From a virus (taxonomy: Duplodnaviria > Heunggongvirae > Uroviricota > Caudoviricetes), in IMG/VR virus record IMGVR_UViG_3300012573_000004: a stretch of DNA of 64,000 nucleotides; one strand, 5' to 3'. How positions within the stretch are numbered: the first letter of the stretch is position 1; each line of letters begins with the position of its first letter. Positions 21,101 through 30,302 of this stretch are shown here, piece by piece. The position numbers were made by a program, and so were the translations under genes. The notes beneath the pieces are model-generated. The model was given only the letters and a program-made list of their open reading frames with translations. It was not told where the DNA came from and made no database searches.

Positions 21101-21765
21101 GCTATAGGCTTAGCCTTTTTGATGATAAGATCTACACGTTCTTTATAACCATCTTCGGTCATGGTAAGACCATTATCATTGAAAAGATCGCCTTTAACAC
21201 TAAGCTGCTGAATGTTGATAACTTTTACTTTTCCACCACTTTTTTCACGCAAAGCATCAGCAAAAATCTTAGTGGAGTAATCTTTTCCAGATCTAGCATC
21301 GTCCACTACAGGGGAAACCCAGAATACCTTTTTAGCGCCAGAAGCATTAATAGCTTTCATAGCACTATCTAGACTCTTTTCTATCTCTTTTCTACTGCTT
21401 TTAAGATCTCCAGTACCAGCTTCAATAATGACACAGCGGCCAGAAAGATTAGATGACTTAATTTGACGTGCAATTTGGTTAACATTGCGCCCATTGTAAA
21501 CTTGTGATTCAAAGTCTTTAATACCAAGCTCACTTTCAGCTTTTCCTTCTATATCAGCACGCATATCTTGCACACCTTGGTGATCACCAATAAGTGTCAT
21601 AGATGTACATCCATCACTGCCATTTATCTGTGCAGTAGCTGAATCTGTAGCAAAAATAGCGCTAAAGCTTGCCACTAGACCAATAAGAAACACTAAGGAG
21701 ACAACAATATTTCGCCACTGAGCAGTGGCTTTGTTCTTCCAGGGGGAAGATGCAGTAGTAATCAT
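18178..21765 (-). CDS. Large polytopic VirB6/TrbL-like membrane protein with N-terminal SGNH-like domain and Asn/Gly repeats
   Basis: Signal helix; LIGDH...IIEAGTGD...VFWVSP...NGLTMTEDGY resembles a degenerate SGNH fold; multiple TM helices; transfer-cluster context. Confidence 0.55.
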   Translation of the reverse strand: MITTASSPWKNKATAQWRNIVVSLVFLIGLVASFSAIFATDSATAQINGSDGCTSMTLIGDHQGVQDMRADIEGKAESELGIKDFESQVYNGRNVNQIARQIKSSNLSGRCVIIEAGTGDLKSSRKEIEKSLDSAMKAINASGAKKVFWVSPVVDDARSGKDYSTKIFADALREKSGGKVKVINIQQLSVKGDLFNDNGLTMTEDGYKERVDLIIKKAKPIANPDGKNNDNKSGDNKDSKDNNSGNNNSGDNKDSKGNNSSNNSGNNNSGNNAGNNSGNSNSGDNAGSNSGDSNSGNNAGNNSGNNNSNNNNSGNNNSGNNNSGGSNPGSNPGNNSGSNNPGNSNGSGNNSGGNLQGGERSSGNAESGRGNSDNVVVDGGPGRNVDTQLSSPLAMSNNIAEYGKSNASQFLIINRWGGFNIASPAFRFDHPTDSVQGTFNALFSNGLFNLAQFFFSFLVNGLLLLVGDSIPTLGIKVANATFALLIGGSAGSKSMVTSIATALATIAFVFSFMTAIDTKVRMTPRQRVMHVASSVMRTMVAVMMFLFVAYQSSKNHNEDYTSDLVNEVSNAGDESVDIDTDNSGSESREKSAGDFTSWEPLSLGWFLSLAYFLGNQVASAGFNIGSALIIYPIDKASSSIDNAFSGNDLRPACDRYIDSVNLAFRGTKFAEDSAAVSTTLSSLDYTYVRLVIKPYSYLWGGTSFQSGNSYCRDFEQKASRPAGEVLLMARSAGMWKEAAGSGNIIKNKDVSPNKYANGTHISSAATSNLSSGLVSGQPGVLVTAEGRWQGDNEYAALERATNFIDGGKSKSVSNADPGLYYFASCVWTPDSANSHIDSSMKGITSMGPTGLSDKDSDLPPYEVEVELNRYIKESLDKSAGIVSGVGSVGSTSDKYNEFFDNAKGGDGGEAKEQEQEEDTEDNKDSDKDSDDKDSEDKDSDDKDSDDKDSEGTDDGGESDTGDKEEKENEDKDKEKVKIPSPKYRRLNDEDCQNPFVFYLDSIGSEGLSGWNSKNQWAERWDYTPLPPPSLVDSISSAVAGATSDAIKSIPGVGSMSSVGNDIKRLGQWGVDKIGDAVDAAEDKVEGETLEPIDPEDNPRIDPAAALDESSNSSGYNTAKDFWEYRAGLHTDGTTTVISLIIMLIGVAMIILYIIPIMLLTIVNMVFAIYLMIAGGGLAINLILMAFRSSKPKGAR
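18917..18990. repeat. 15-bp tandem repeat encoding DSDDK/DSEDK
   Basis: About five imperfect copies of GAATCTTTATCATCT. Confidence 0.8.
20715..21085. repeat. Imperfect coding repeats encoding (GNNNS/GDNAG)n linker
   Basis: Repeated GAGTTGTT/GAGTTATT units. Confidence 0.8.
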
Positions 21766-21909
21766 AAAATCCTCACGTTAAATCATCAGTCAAGCTATAT
21801 TAATCACATAGCACAAGTGGCAAATAAAAAGTATCCAATTAACAAAAATATCAATCATTAGAATAACAAAGAGAGACATGTTCCTGCACGAGGTGGATTT
21901 GTGTCCCTA

Positions 21910-22527
21910 TTAGTTGGTTGTAGCTGTATCTTTATAGGTGGAGTTATCATAAACCTTCTGCTCACCAGTAGGATAGAAATACAGAGGGGTGGTAAAGTTT
22001 TCCTCTATATACATACTTTGGGGTGGAGCACCGTAGAGAGGTTGCGTTCCTATCCATCTTTTACAATTTACTTCTTGACCTTCATTGGACAATGCATAGC
22101 TAATAAGCTTGCATTCTGATTGTTTTCCTGATTGAGCAGAGTTAGCTGATAGCTTCTTACGCAACACAACAATAACGTAGGTGACTAAATCTTCACCTGT
22201 AGTATCTGACATAGGTGACCATGCACCTAGTTTAGCTCCCAGAAAACCAGGAATAAGAACAAAGGTAACAAAAACAATGGGGAAATAGATACCAGGAATG
22301 TGCAGAACTTTAAACATAAGAAGGAATCCAATAATAAACCCTAAAAGTCCAAATCCACCACCCCACCAAATAGTAACCCAAGGAATCCTTACAGTGGTAA
22401 TCTTTCCAAAGCGCATCTTGAAAGAGCTTGGACCTCTATCAAAAAGTGCAGAAGTTCTAATCGTTCCATACCTAAAGGCTACCTCTTGCATATCATACTG
22501 ATCTACACCTTTGTCATCTTTTGCCAT
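21910..22527 (-). CDS. TcpE/VirB3-like conjugation membrane protein
   Basis: Two adjacent TM helices followed by a TGEDLVTY motif; lies between pilin/TcpC-like and VirB6-like genes. Confidence 0.5.
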   Translation of the reverse strand: MAKDDKGVDQYDMQEVAFRYGTIRTSALFDRGPSSFKMRFGKITTVRIPWVTIWWGGGFGLLGFIIGFLLMFKVLHIPGIYFPIVFVTFVLIPGFLGAKLGAWSPMSDTTGEDLVTYVIVVLRKKLSANSAQSGKQSECKLISYALSNEGQEVNCKRWIGTQPLYGAPPQSMYIEENFTTPLYFYPTGEQKVYDNSTYKDTATTN

Positions 22528-22572
22528 GTGCAGCTCAACTACCTTTCTTAGTTAGTGTCCCTTTATAGATGT

Positions 22573-24151
22573 ATGAACTACCCCCACCTACCTCATGGTT
22601 GAGGTGGGGGTTTCTTGCTTCTTCACTCAACCTTACCGTTATCACCAGTCTTGTAAGATAGGTGGTCACAGCAGAGGGTTTAAGCTCCACAAGCGTGTTT
22701 ATACTCCAGTGTGTCCCGCACTTGGAGTCTTAAATAAGTCTGATCTGGAATCCTTCACCCAGGAAAGATTCATGTCCCTATTAGTCATTCGTAAATCAGG
22801 GTGTAACACAGCCATCCTAATCATGTTTTCTGCAGCATGAATATCTCTGGGAGCAGAGTATCCACATGCACAAGAGTATTCCCTCTTATCCAGAGAGTGC
22901 TTATTGAGTCTTTCACAGGAAGGGCAATATTGAGTGGTGGGAACCCACTTGGAAAGAACAATCACTCTAGGATGATTCTTCAGTTTTTTCTTCACCCTAC
23001 CCAGAATGGAATGATGAAGCTTTTTACCCCATAGTCTCTTCCATGCTTTTAAAGACTCATCTTGAATGACAATAATCTCATAAGTGTTCAGTAGAAAGTT
23101 GATAAACTTATTAGCAATGTCATCTTTTTGATGGGATGTGTCATGGTAGCACTTTTGTATAGCACAAAGGGTCTTGATGTAGTTGTTTGAACCTTTCTTT
23201 TGCCTGGACAACTTGCGTTGCAAGTTCTTTATCCTTGGAGTAACAGGCACAGAGTTTTGATACTCTACACCATCACTCAAGGTAAGAAAGGTTTTTACAC
23301 CAAAATCTATTCCTACAACGCTTCCTGGGGTAAAGGTGTATTCTTCCTTAGAGGTGTAAAAAGTCAAGTGAAATACAAATCCACGTGGGGTCTTTACAAG
23401 TTTTCCTGTTGCAATGTCAGCATCTTGTGGCAATTGTGACAGACCATGAACTTTTAACCAACCAACTTTTTGTATTTTTACTTTTCTTCCTTCTATATCA
23501 ATGTCAAAATCATTTCTGAACTGGTTATATGGAATAGAGGTGATTTCCTTTGCATATTTCAAAGCACCAACTTTGTGTCCATTAGTTTTCAGAGAATGAA
23601 GAGATGAGAGGTTATCTTTAACTCTATCCCTAAGATTTTGCCTGTTCTTAGAACTTAAGACTGTGAGATCCCTAGACTCATACTCAGAAGAGTCTCTCCC
23701 CATCCTCACTTGAACTTGTTTTTTCTTATCGTCCCAAGATCCAAGATCATTGTCTCCTAGATGGCCAATGATGTCATTAGTGATCCATTTAGCTTGTAGA
23801 AATAAGAGGTTTAGTTTTTCAGCATGAGGTTTAGCATAGGCTTTGTCAATCCCCAATTCAATAGTCTTAGCTTGAAGCTTAGATCTACGATCTTTGGTTA
23901 GTTTACCTTTTTCAGCTATGTGTCTATTCTTCTCACAAGAGTAGGTTTTCATAGGTTTTACTGGCAATACAGTTTCCATGAACACCTCTCTTAATCCTGA
24001 TAAGAATGATTTTGACAATGTTGATCATAGCACAAAATACCTTGTGTTGTCAAAGGTGTTCCATGGTAGCAATATTTAAGAATCCGCTTATATCCCACCA
24101 CCTACGCTCACTTATGTGAGCTTAGAGGTGGGGGTTTTACGCGGGGTTTTG
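22573..24151 (-). mobile_element. IS200/IS605-family (IS1341-type, tnpB-only) element
   Basis: Related subterminal hairpins CCCCCACC...GGTGGGGG at about 22578-22612 and 24091-24137 flanking tnpB; ends approximate. Confidence 0.75.
22699..23979 (-). CDS. tnpB: RNA-guided endonuclease TnpB
   Basis: RuvC VGIDFG, IVIQDE, RDIHAAENM; Zn finger CPSC/CACG; start chosen by GAGGTG SD. Confidence 0.9.
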   Translation of the reverse strand: METVLPVKPMKTYSCEKNRHIAEKGKLTKDRRSKLQAKTIELGIDKAYAKPHAEKLNLLFLQAKWITNDIIGHLGDNDLGSWDDKKKQVQVRMGRDSSEYESRDLTVLSSKNRQNLRDRVKDNLSSLHSLKTNGHKVGALKYAKEITSIPYNQFRNDFDIDIEGRKVKIQKVGWLKVHGLSQLPQDADIATGKLVKTPRGFVFHLTFYTSKEEYTFTPGSVVGIDFGVKTFLTLSDGVEYQNSVPVTPRIKNLQRKLSRQKKGSNNYIKTLCAIQKCYHDTSHQKDDIANKFINFLLNTYEIIVIQDESLKAWKRLWGKKLHHSILGRVKKKLKNHPRVIVLSKWVPTTQYCPSCERLNKHSLDKREYSCACGYSAPRDIHAAENMIRMAVLHPDLRMTNRDMNLSWVKDSRSDLFKTPSAGHTGV

Positions 24152-24355
24152 ATAAATGGAGTAGAAACATTTTTCTTATAAACTTTTTCTAAGAAAAGAT
24201 ATTACCAAAATCATAATCAACATTGCTCCAGTAGGAATATATTCTATCTTGAAAAAACACTTTAAGAATAGATGGTGTATTATGGAAGATGTACCTACTG
24301 TCTAGTAGAGACAACAGTACAAATACTTGTACATCTTTAGTAAGGAGAAAGTAAA

Positions 24356-24607
24356 ATGGCTACAGCAACTTTTGAACAGAGACTAGATTCTATGAAGGAA
24401 AACAGAAAGTCTCATAACATGAATTCAGGTCTCTACCATGCTAATATCAACGTTCTTGACAAAGATACCCTAGAGGATGCAGTAGAGCACCCAGAAAAGT
24501 ACCCTAATCTTACTGTCAGGGTATCTGGATATGCTGTAAACTTTGTCAAACTCACCAAAGAGCAGCAAAGAGACATTATCTCTCGCACATTCCACCGAGG
24601 AGCATAA
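24356..24607 (+). CDS. grcA: Autonomous glycyl radical cofactor (GrcA2-type)
   Basis: HANINVL...[29 protein letters not shown]. Confidence 0.92.
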   Translation: MATATFEQRLDSMKENRKSHNMNSGLYHANINVLDKDTLEDAVEHPEKYPNLTVRVSGYAVNFVKLTKEQQRDIISRTFHRGA

Positions 24608-24624
24608 TGGTTTAAAAGAGCAAT

Positions 24625-24657
24625 AAAAAACACCCAGTGTAAAAACTGGGTGTTTTT
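24625..24657. terminator. Bidirectional terminator between convergent genes
   Basis: AAAAAACACCCAGT-GTAAAA-ACTGGGTGTTTTT. Confidence 0.8.
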
Positions 24658-24673
24658 GTATATAGGGTATGTA

Positions 24674-25060
24674 TTAAGAGAACGCACCCTTGATTGTCTG
24701 CAGGACAGCCCAACCAACCTTCAAGGCTGCATCAATGACATCCATTGTGGTGTTGATGTTAAGACCACCAACAATAGCAGCAAGAGCTGCGATGATTCCT
24801 ACTGGACCACCCATCTTCTGAACAGCCTGTCTAGAACCACCTGGCTTACCAAGGTTCCATACCAAGAAACATGCCCAGGCCACAGCAAGAGCAATAGCAA
24901 TAACACGGATAAGTCTCTCCACACCTTTGGAGAACTTAACATTCAAACCGTCAAAGCTTTCTTCGGATCCACCGATAGTAACTGTTTCTTGTGCTAGATA
25001 ATGAACCTGATCTCCAGCAGCAAGAATTGTATCGGGGGATGCTACATCTAGAATACTCAT
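24674..25060 (-). CDS. VirB2/TrbC pilin-like small membrane protein
   Basis: 128 aa, two hydrophobic helices separated by a short basic loop; transfer-cluster context. Confidence 0.5.
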   Translation of the reverse strand: MSILDVASPDTILAAGDQVHYLAQETVTIGGSEESFDGLNVKFSKGVERLIRVIAIALAVAWACFLVWNLGKPGGSRQAVQKMGGPVGIIAALAAIVGGLNINTTMDVIDAALKVGWAVLQTIKGAFS

Positions 25061-25307
25061 AATCTTTTATTCTTTTCCCTTCGGTTATTTTTTAATAGTT
25101 TTTCCCTTGTGTCCCCTACCCCCGTTAAGAACAAAGGAGAAGGGAGGAGTATGCTTTATAATGAACAATAACTATTCACCTGCACAATCATTAACAATAA
25201 CAAACACATTTTCAACATATTTTTTACAAATAAAAACATGTGCTTATCATTGCATAGATATAAATCTATTATAACAAACACATGTTCTCATTCGTTGCTG
25301 TTAAAAA

Positions 25308-27707
25308 CTATCTATTATCTCCTGCTATTCTTTCTGATAATCTTCGGAAAATATTTTTCTTTCCTCTTTTAGGAGTATGAGTATAAGATGTCTTCGCCAC
25401 AAAGAAGTTTTGCAAAGAACTAAATCCTAATCTTGTTAACATGATTCCACATCTATCATAAATAGCTTTCTTTACCTCCTGTGGAGCATTGTTGAGATAT
25501 GTATCTCCAGATACAGAGTTCTCTTCTCTTAATGCATCAATAGGAGGGATAGTAGCAATGATTCTAAAAGGTTTGAGCTTATCTTGTCCTATATAATACT
25601 GCTCTGAACGTGATTTGTTTAGCACCACAGAAATAGAATGAGGATTGCGTGGTTTCTCGCTAGAACCAGGAACAGAAGAAGCTAGAACATCTAGTGCTGT
25701 TCTAGTTTGATCAATACAACCCATATTTCCCACAACAACTACACGGTGAGCTGTTTTCTTAGCAAGTATTTTATCTAGAGAAGAATATTCACCTACAGTG
25801 AGATTTCCATGATCTACAATGACATCATCACCTTGTCTAGAAGCATAGGTAATGGCCATCAAAATAGCCATAGGAATAGATGTGCTAGTAGCATTCATAG
25901 ACAACGGAGGACAAGCTAGAACATTGACTCCAGTTTCAGAATCTCTATAAATATTATCCTCAATACACTGTCTTACCTCTTCATTTCCCAATGATGCACG
26001 GGGAGAGTTATCTAGAAGATAAGCAAGGTTGCCTATGTGTTTTTTGCCTGTTCCATATGCTGCTGCTAGTTTTGGAGAGTTGTAATCTGATTCAATAAGC
26101 CATGTTCTTCCTGGAGTATATCCTGGGTTTTCTTTTGCTTCATAAGCTCTAGCAAGAGACAATGAACTTGCCATTCCAATAGATACTAGAGTCTTTCCCA
26201 CACCACCTTTACCTGCTGTACATAGGATGATTCTTCCCACGCCTTTGGTGACATACTCATTATCTTCTCCATTCTCAGAATAAACTGCACCTTCAGAGTG
26301 AACTACGCCACCAGAATATTCTTCAGTATTTCCAAACTGAGATCTAATATTCTCTTCTACTTTTTGTTCAGTTCTTCCTCTGTCAGTGAGGTAATCATGG
26401 TAGTTCTTTCTCGTTCCATCCTCGCGCATTGTCTCTTCGCTTCTGCTGCGAGACTGGACATCTAGTTTGTGAGCTTCACGATCATCTTTATCCATCTCCC
26501 TTGCACGCTTTTTGCTTCCTACAATAGCTTCTAGTTGTGAAAGAGGAGAGTTATCTTCTTCCTTGTTGTCATCACTTTCTCTTTGACGCATCTTTTCTTT
26601 ATCACGGATGGATTCTTTTCTTCTATTACTCATCTGAGTGATAATCTCCATGGAATCTTCTTCCATAGGTGAAGACTCATCAATTCCTTTTTCTTTCCTA
26701 TATTCTTCTGGATCTCTGAGATCTTCAGAAGAAGAGTCTTTTTTATCATTGTGATAAAAAGTAGAAGAATAATCATCACTATGTGATGCTTGAGAAGATT
26801 GAGGATTTTCTACTCCCATTTGTTCAGGGGAAATACCAGAATACTCTTCCTTTTCTTCATAGTTTTCAGGTGAAGCAGAAGAAGGATTGTCAAGACCGCT
26901 AAGAATATCATCTAGTTCTTGTTTAGGCTCATCCTTGTAGCTTCCAGTAAGAGTTTCTTCTTCAGTAGGAACTAGCTCAGCATCATAGATAACTTCTTCA
27001 TCTTGTACATCATTAGCATCTTCTGCATTTTCATATTCTTTCTTATCATCTTCATTTTGATTATGAGACTGTGGCTCTTTATGAGAGTTTACTTGCTCAT
27101 CTAGCGCATCAATGTCATCTAGTACTGAAGATGTCTCCTGTGAATCTTGATCACCTTGATCATCTTGCTCATCTTGATTATTTAGTGCATCAACGTCATC
27201 ATTGTCTTGTTGCTTTGAGACGGGTTCTGCTTGTGATTGGCTGGCTTCTACTTCTGACAAGTCCCCTAGAATATCAGAGAGAAGATCATCAGTAGAGGAA
27301 TCATTATCAGAACTTCCACCTTCTACATCAGGAACATATTTTCCTGTCTCCATCCAATTGATGATTTCTGATTCTGAAAGAGAGGAAAGATCAATATGCT
27401 GGTATCCAGTATGTACAGTGATGCCAATTCTACCTAGTTTTTCAACTTCTTTTCTTTTTGTCCTCAAAGATTCAGAAGCTACACAAAGAGCATCTCCAAT
27501 GCGATAGTTGTGAGGTTGTGTTTTATCCATGATAAAAGAACCTCTCACAATCTCCATTGGGCTAGAATGTTCTATGCTGTAGAAATAAATTTTATCTTTT
27601 TCTACTCCAGTGGCATTCATGATCCTAGTAAGAGTTCTATCCCCATGCTCAGAATCATCACGAGGGTTGTCAAAACCTACAAAAATGAGTGTGTCAATGT
27701 TGTTCAT
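25308..27707 (-). CDS. ParA/MinD-family ATPase with long acidic N-terminal region
   Basis: Deviant Walker A AGKGGVGKT, LIESD, VIVDHG, VVLNK; amphipathic C-terminal tail. Confidence 0.8.
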   Translation of the reverse strand: MNNIDTLIFVGFDNPRDDSEHGDRTLTRIMNATGVEKDKIYFYSIEHSSPMEIVRGSFIMDKTQPHNYRIGDALCVASESLRTKRKEVEKLGRIGITVHTGYQHIDLSSLSESEIINWMETGKYVPDVEGGSSDNDSSTDDLLSDILGDLSEVEASQSQAEPVSKQQDNDDVDALNNQDEQDDQGDQDSQETSSVLDDIDALDEQVNSHKEPQSHNQNEDDKKEYENAEDANDVQDEEVIYDAELVPTEEETLTGSYKDEPKQELDDILSGLDNPSSASPENYEEKEEYSGISPEQMGVENPQSSQASHSDDYSSTFYHNDKKDSSSEDLRDPEEYRKEKGIDESSPMEEDSMEIITQMSNRRKESIRDKEKMRQRESDDNKEEDNSPLSQLEAIVGSKKRAREMDKDDREAHKLDVQSRSRSEETMREDGTRKNYHDYLTDRGRTEQKVEENIRSQFGNTEEYSGGVVHSEGAVYSENGEDNEYVTKGVGRIILCTAGKGGVGKTLVSIGMASSLSLARAYEAKENPGYTPGRTWLIESDYNSPKLAAAYGTGKKHIGNLAYLLDNSPRASLGNEEVRQCIEDNIYRDSETGVNVLACPPLSMNATSTSIPMAILMAITYASRQGDDVIVDHGNLTVGEYSSLDKILAKKTAHRVVVVGNMGCIDQTRTALDVLASSVPGSSEKPRNPHSISVVLNKSRSEQYYIGQDKLKPFRIIATIPPIDALREENSVSGDTYLNNAPQEVKKAIYDRCGIMLTRLGFSSLQNFFVAKTSYTHTPKRGKKNIFRRLSERIAGDNR

Positions 27708-27719
27708 ATTTATGTCCCT

Positions 27720-29123
27720 TTACTTGTCTGAAGAGGATTTTGTTTTCTTAGTTGAGTGTTTATGGCTTTTATGTTTTGAAGATTTTCTCTTCTTAGAAGA
27801 TGATGTAGTGCTAGAAGATTTGTCTTCTGATGTACTACTGGTTGGAGTTTCAGTATCCTGACTCAAAGATGGTGCTCCAGGAACTGAACCCGCATTACTT
27901 TCAGAAGGGCTTAGATTTTCTCCTGTGGGCTGTTCTTGCTCTGAAGGATCATTGATACTATCACCATCTTCACTTTCTCCATCTTTACCTGTTACCACAG
28001 GCATAACTGCATTCATTCTAGGTCTCAATGTTTGCCACATTCCACCTGGTCCCCAAGCTAGAATATCAGCTTCACCTTCATCAAAGTTTCCCAGGAGAAT
28101 ATCCATAACTTGCAAGGGTGCAAATTTTCCATCAGAAGAAGAACCAGAAATATCATCACTATTTGAAGATCCGCTAGAAACAGTAGATGACATGGAGAAC
28201 TGAACCCTAGCAACAATACGTTGCTCTCCTGTCTCCTTATCCTCATATTGATAAGCCCATACATCTTCTGGGTTTCCTTCTAGACTAAATCCACCTACAC
28301 CAGGATATACTGCTTCAACCCTATTGTCTCCTGTAAGAGACTTCAAAGTATCACTATCATTTTGAGCATAAGCAGAAGCCCACCTAGTGATATTATTGAT
28401 TGTGCCTTCATTGAGTTGAGCTTCCTCAAAATCTTCTCCAGTAGGTTTAGATCCTTCTACATCAGCTGTAACCAATCTATCCATAGGTAGGATTGTAGGG
28501 GGTGACACTAGATAAGGAAGCTGTTGAGGATCATCAATATTGGGAATGATAAGATATACGCCAAACTCATATTGCCTTCCATCAATAACACCAGAGTATC
28601 TTAAAACCTCATTTTTAGGCTTGGAGAAAAGCTCTTTATCTTTTTTATCTATGTCTCCACCACTGAAATCTGTTTGATAAGCTTCTACCAAACTTAACCC
28701 TTCTACATCAACAGGGCTAGAATTTCCACTTCCATCTGAACCTTGTTGTGCTGTCCATTCCACATTAGACATAAGATTTACTGGAGGTGTTTGATGTGCA
28801 AAATATGTTCTAATAATAGATTCTCCCAGTGAATCATAACGAGACTTAAAAGCAGGAGAAGCATTTTGTTCCACTTGGGTTTTCAAACTAGATGTCTTTC
28901 CATTTGACACCAAAGATACTCCAGCAGCCACTGTAAAGAAAGTAAAAATAGCAATAAGAAGTGCAATGATAGATTTTCTTCTTATTTCTACACTTCTTTG
29001 AGAAGAACCCCTTAAAGGTTTAATTCCTTGAAACTCTAAAGCTTTTTCACTGGTAACAAAAGGAAGATCTTTTTCTCCAAAATCGTCTCTATCTGGACGT
29101 TGCTTCTTTTTACCAAAGGCCAT
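27720..29123 (-). CDS. TcpC/VirB8-like conjugal transfer protein
   Basis: Single TM plus two domains; PYLVSPPTILP and ITRWASAYAQND...LTGD pattern. Confidence 0.6.
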   Translation of the reverse strand: MAFGKKKQRPDRDDFGEKDLPFVTSEKALEFQGIKPLRGSSQRSVEIRRKSIIALLIAIFTFFTVAAGVSLVSNGKTSSLKTQVEQNASPAFKSRYDSLGESIIRTYFAHQTPPVNLMSNVEWTAQQGSDGSGNSSPVDVEGLSLVEAYQTDFSGGDIDKKDKELFSKPKNEVLRYSGVIDGRQYEFGVYLIIPNIDDPQQLPYLVSPPTILPMDRLVTADVEGSKPTGEDFEEAQLNEGTINNITRWASAYAQNDSDTLKSLTGDNRVEAVYPGVGGFSLEGNPEDVWAYQYEDKETGEQRIVARVQFSMSSTVSSGSSNSDDISGSSSDGKFAPLQVMDILLGNFDEGEADILAWGPGGMWQTLRPRMNAVMPVVTGKDGESEDGDSINDPSEQEQPTGENLSPSESNAGSVPGAPSLSQDTETPTSSTSEDKSSSTTSSSKKRKSSKHKSHKHSTKKTKSSSDK

Positions 29124-29168
29124 GAACGTACTCCAAACTTTGTGTCCCTTTAATATGTCTATAAAAAA

Positions 29169-29197
29169 TAGCGTGTTTTATCAATAAAAACACGCTA
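29169..29197. terminator. Hairpin / terminator
   Basis: TAGCGTGTTTTTAT-CA-ATAAAAACACGCTA perfect inverted repeat. Confidence 0.65.
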
Positions 29198-29223
29198 CCA
29201 CAATTTACTCTACATTTGAGATC

Positions 29224-29478
29224 TTAAGAAAAAGGAATCACTCTTCCCTCTTCATCACGGGGTTTATTATTACACCAAGAATCAAGATCTTCTTTTAAAT
29301 CATTGTAGCTTCCCCAGGTATTTTCTGTATCCATATCATGGTATTCACGATCAGGTTGAGTAATATCAGGAGAGATAGAGCACTTTCCATTGTCATCAAG
29401 ATAGAAAGTCATTGTTCCACTTTTAGTTCCATCTACAGTTCTTACTGTTATTCTATTTTCATAGCTTAAGCATTGCAT
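29224..29478 (-). CDS. Small hypothetical protein
   Basis: 84-aa ORF overlapping the upstream stop. Confidence 0.55.
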   Translation of the reverse strand: MQCLSYENRITVRTVDGTKSGTMTFYLDDNGKCSISPDITQPDREYHDMDTENTWGSYNDLKEDLDSWCNNKPRDEEGRVIPFS

Positions 29479-30293
29479 TTATCCAGCTGCCCCTTGAGAG
29501 TATTGAGTTCATCTTGTGTAATAGTCATACCATACTTCGCTTTGATATAAGCATATCTATCAGCATAGTCACAATGATATTTAGAACCCTGTGGAGGGAA
29601 CCATTCATCAATAGATTGATCACCTTTGCTTCTATTAAGTGAACTATCACTAATGACAAGATTAGCTTTATCATTGGCAAACATATTTCGCAAAGACTCT
29701 TCTGCTTGAGACATTCCAGAACGCCATCCCAAAGACAATGCTACTACATGGTCAATGTCAAAATCGCCTTTGTTTTTGCTCTTAGCATAGGTGATTTTTC
29801 CAGACTTATTCTTTTCACCATATCTATCTTCAAATACTCCTGAGGTTATCTTGCAACTCTTAGTGTATTTAACATTTTTACCTTGCTCAATCAAAACAGC
29901 ATTGCGCACACTGCATTTCTTGTTAGGAAAATCTTTCCACCCAGCATCTAGTGATTCCTGCATAGAAACCTTATTCCATGTTCCAGAATGAATAAAGAAC
30001 TTATTTCTTTTATACCCTGGATCTTCTTGAAAATCATGAACATTGTTGCCAAGAACCTCCAGAGCTTTGTTATTGTAGTCAGCATAAGGTCTTTGTGGAT
30101 TATCTCCTGGATCTTTGAAATATTTATCCCAATGAGGAGCATCTGCACGTTCATTTCCAGTGGAGTTGCCAATCTTTTCTCCTGCAGAATCTCCAGCTTC
30201 CATGATTTTGTCTAGCCAGTTTTCCTGGTATCCAAACCACACTACAGCAACAATGACAGCAATAGCAGACAGTTGCTTAATAAGTTCTCTCAT
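29466..30293 (-). CDS. Exported DUF1524-type HNH nuclease
   Basis: Signal/TM helix; DIDHVVAL...FANDKANL...NRSKGD...WFPP...CDY. Confidence 0.85.
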   Translation of the reverse strand: MRELIKQLSAIAVIVAVVWFGYQENWLDKIMEAGDSAGEKIGNSTGNERADAPHWDKYFKDPGDNPQRPYADYNNKALEVLGNNVHDFQEDPGYKRNKFFIHSGTWNKVSMQESLDAGWKDFPNKKCSVRNAVLIEQGKNVKYTKSCKITSGVFEDRYGEKNKSGKITYAKSKNKGDFDIDHVVALSLGWRSGMSQAEESLRNMFANDKANLVISDSSLNRSKGDQSIDEWFPPQGSKYHCDYADRYAYIKAKYGMTITQDELNTLKGQLDKCNA

Positions 30294-30302
30294 TATATCT
30301 TT

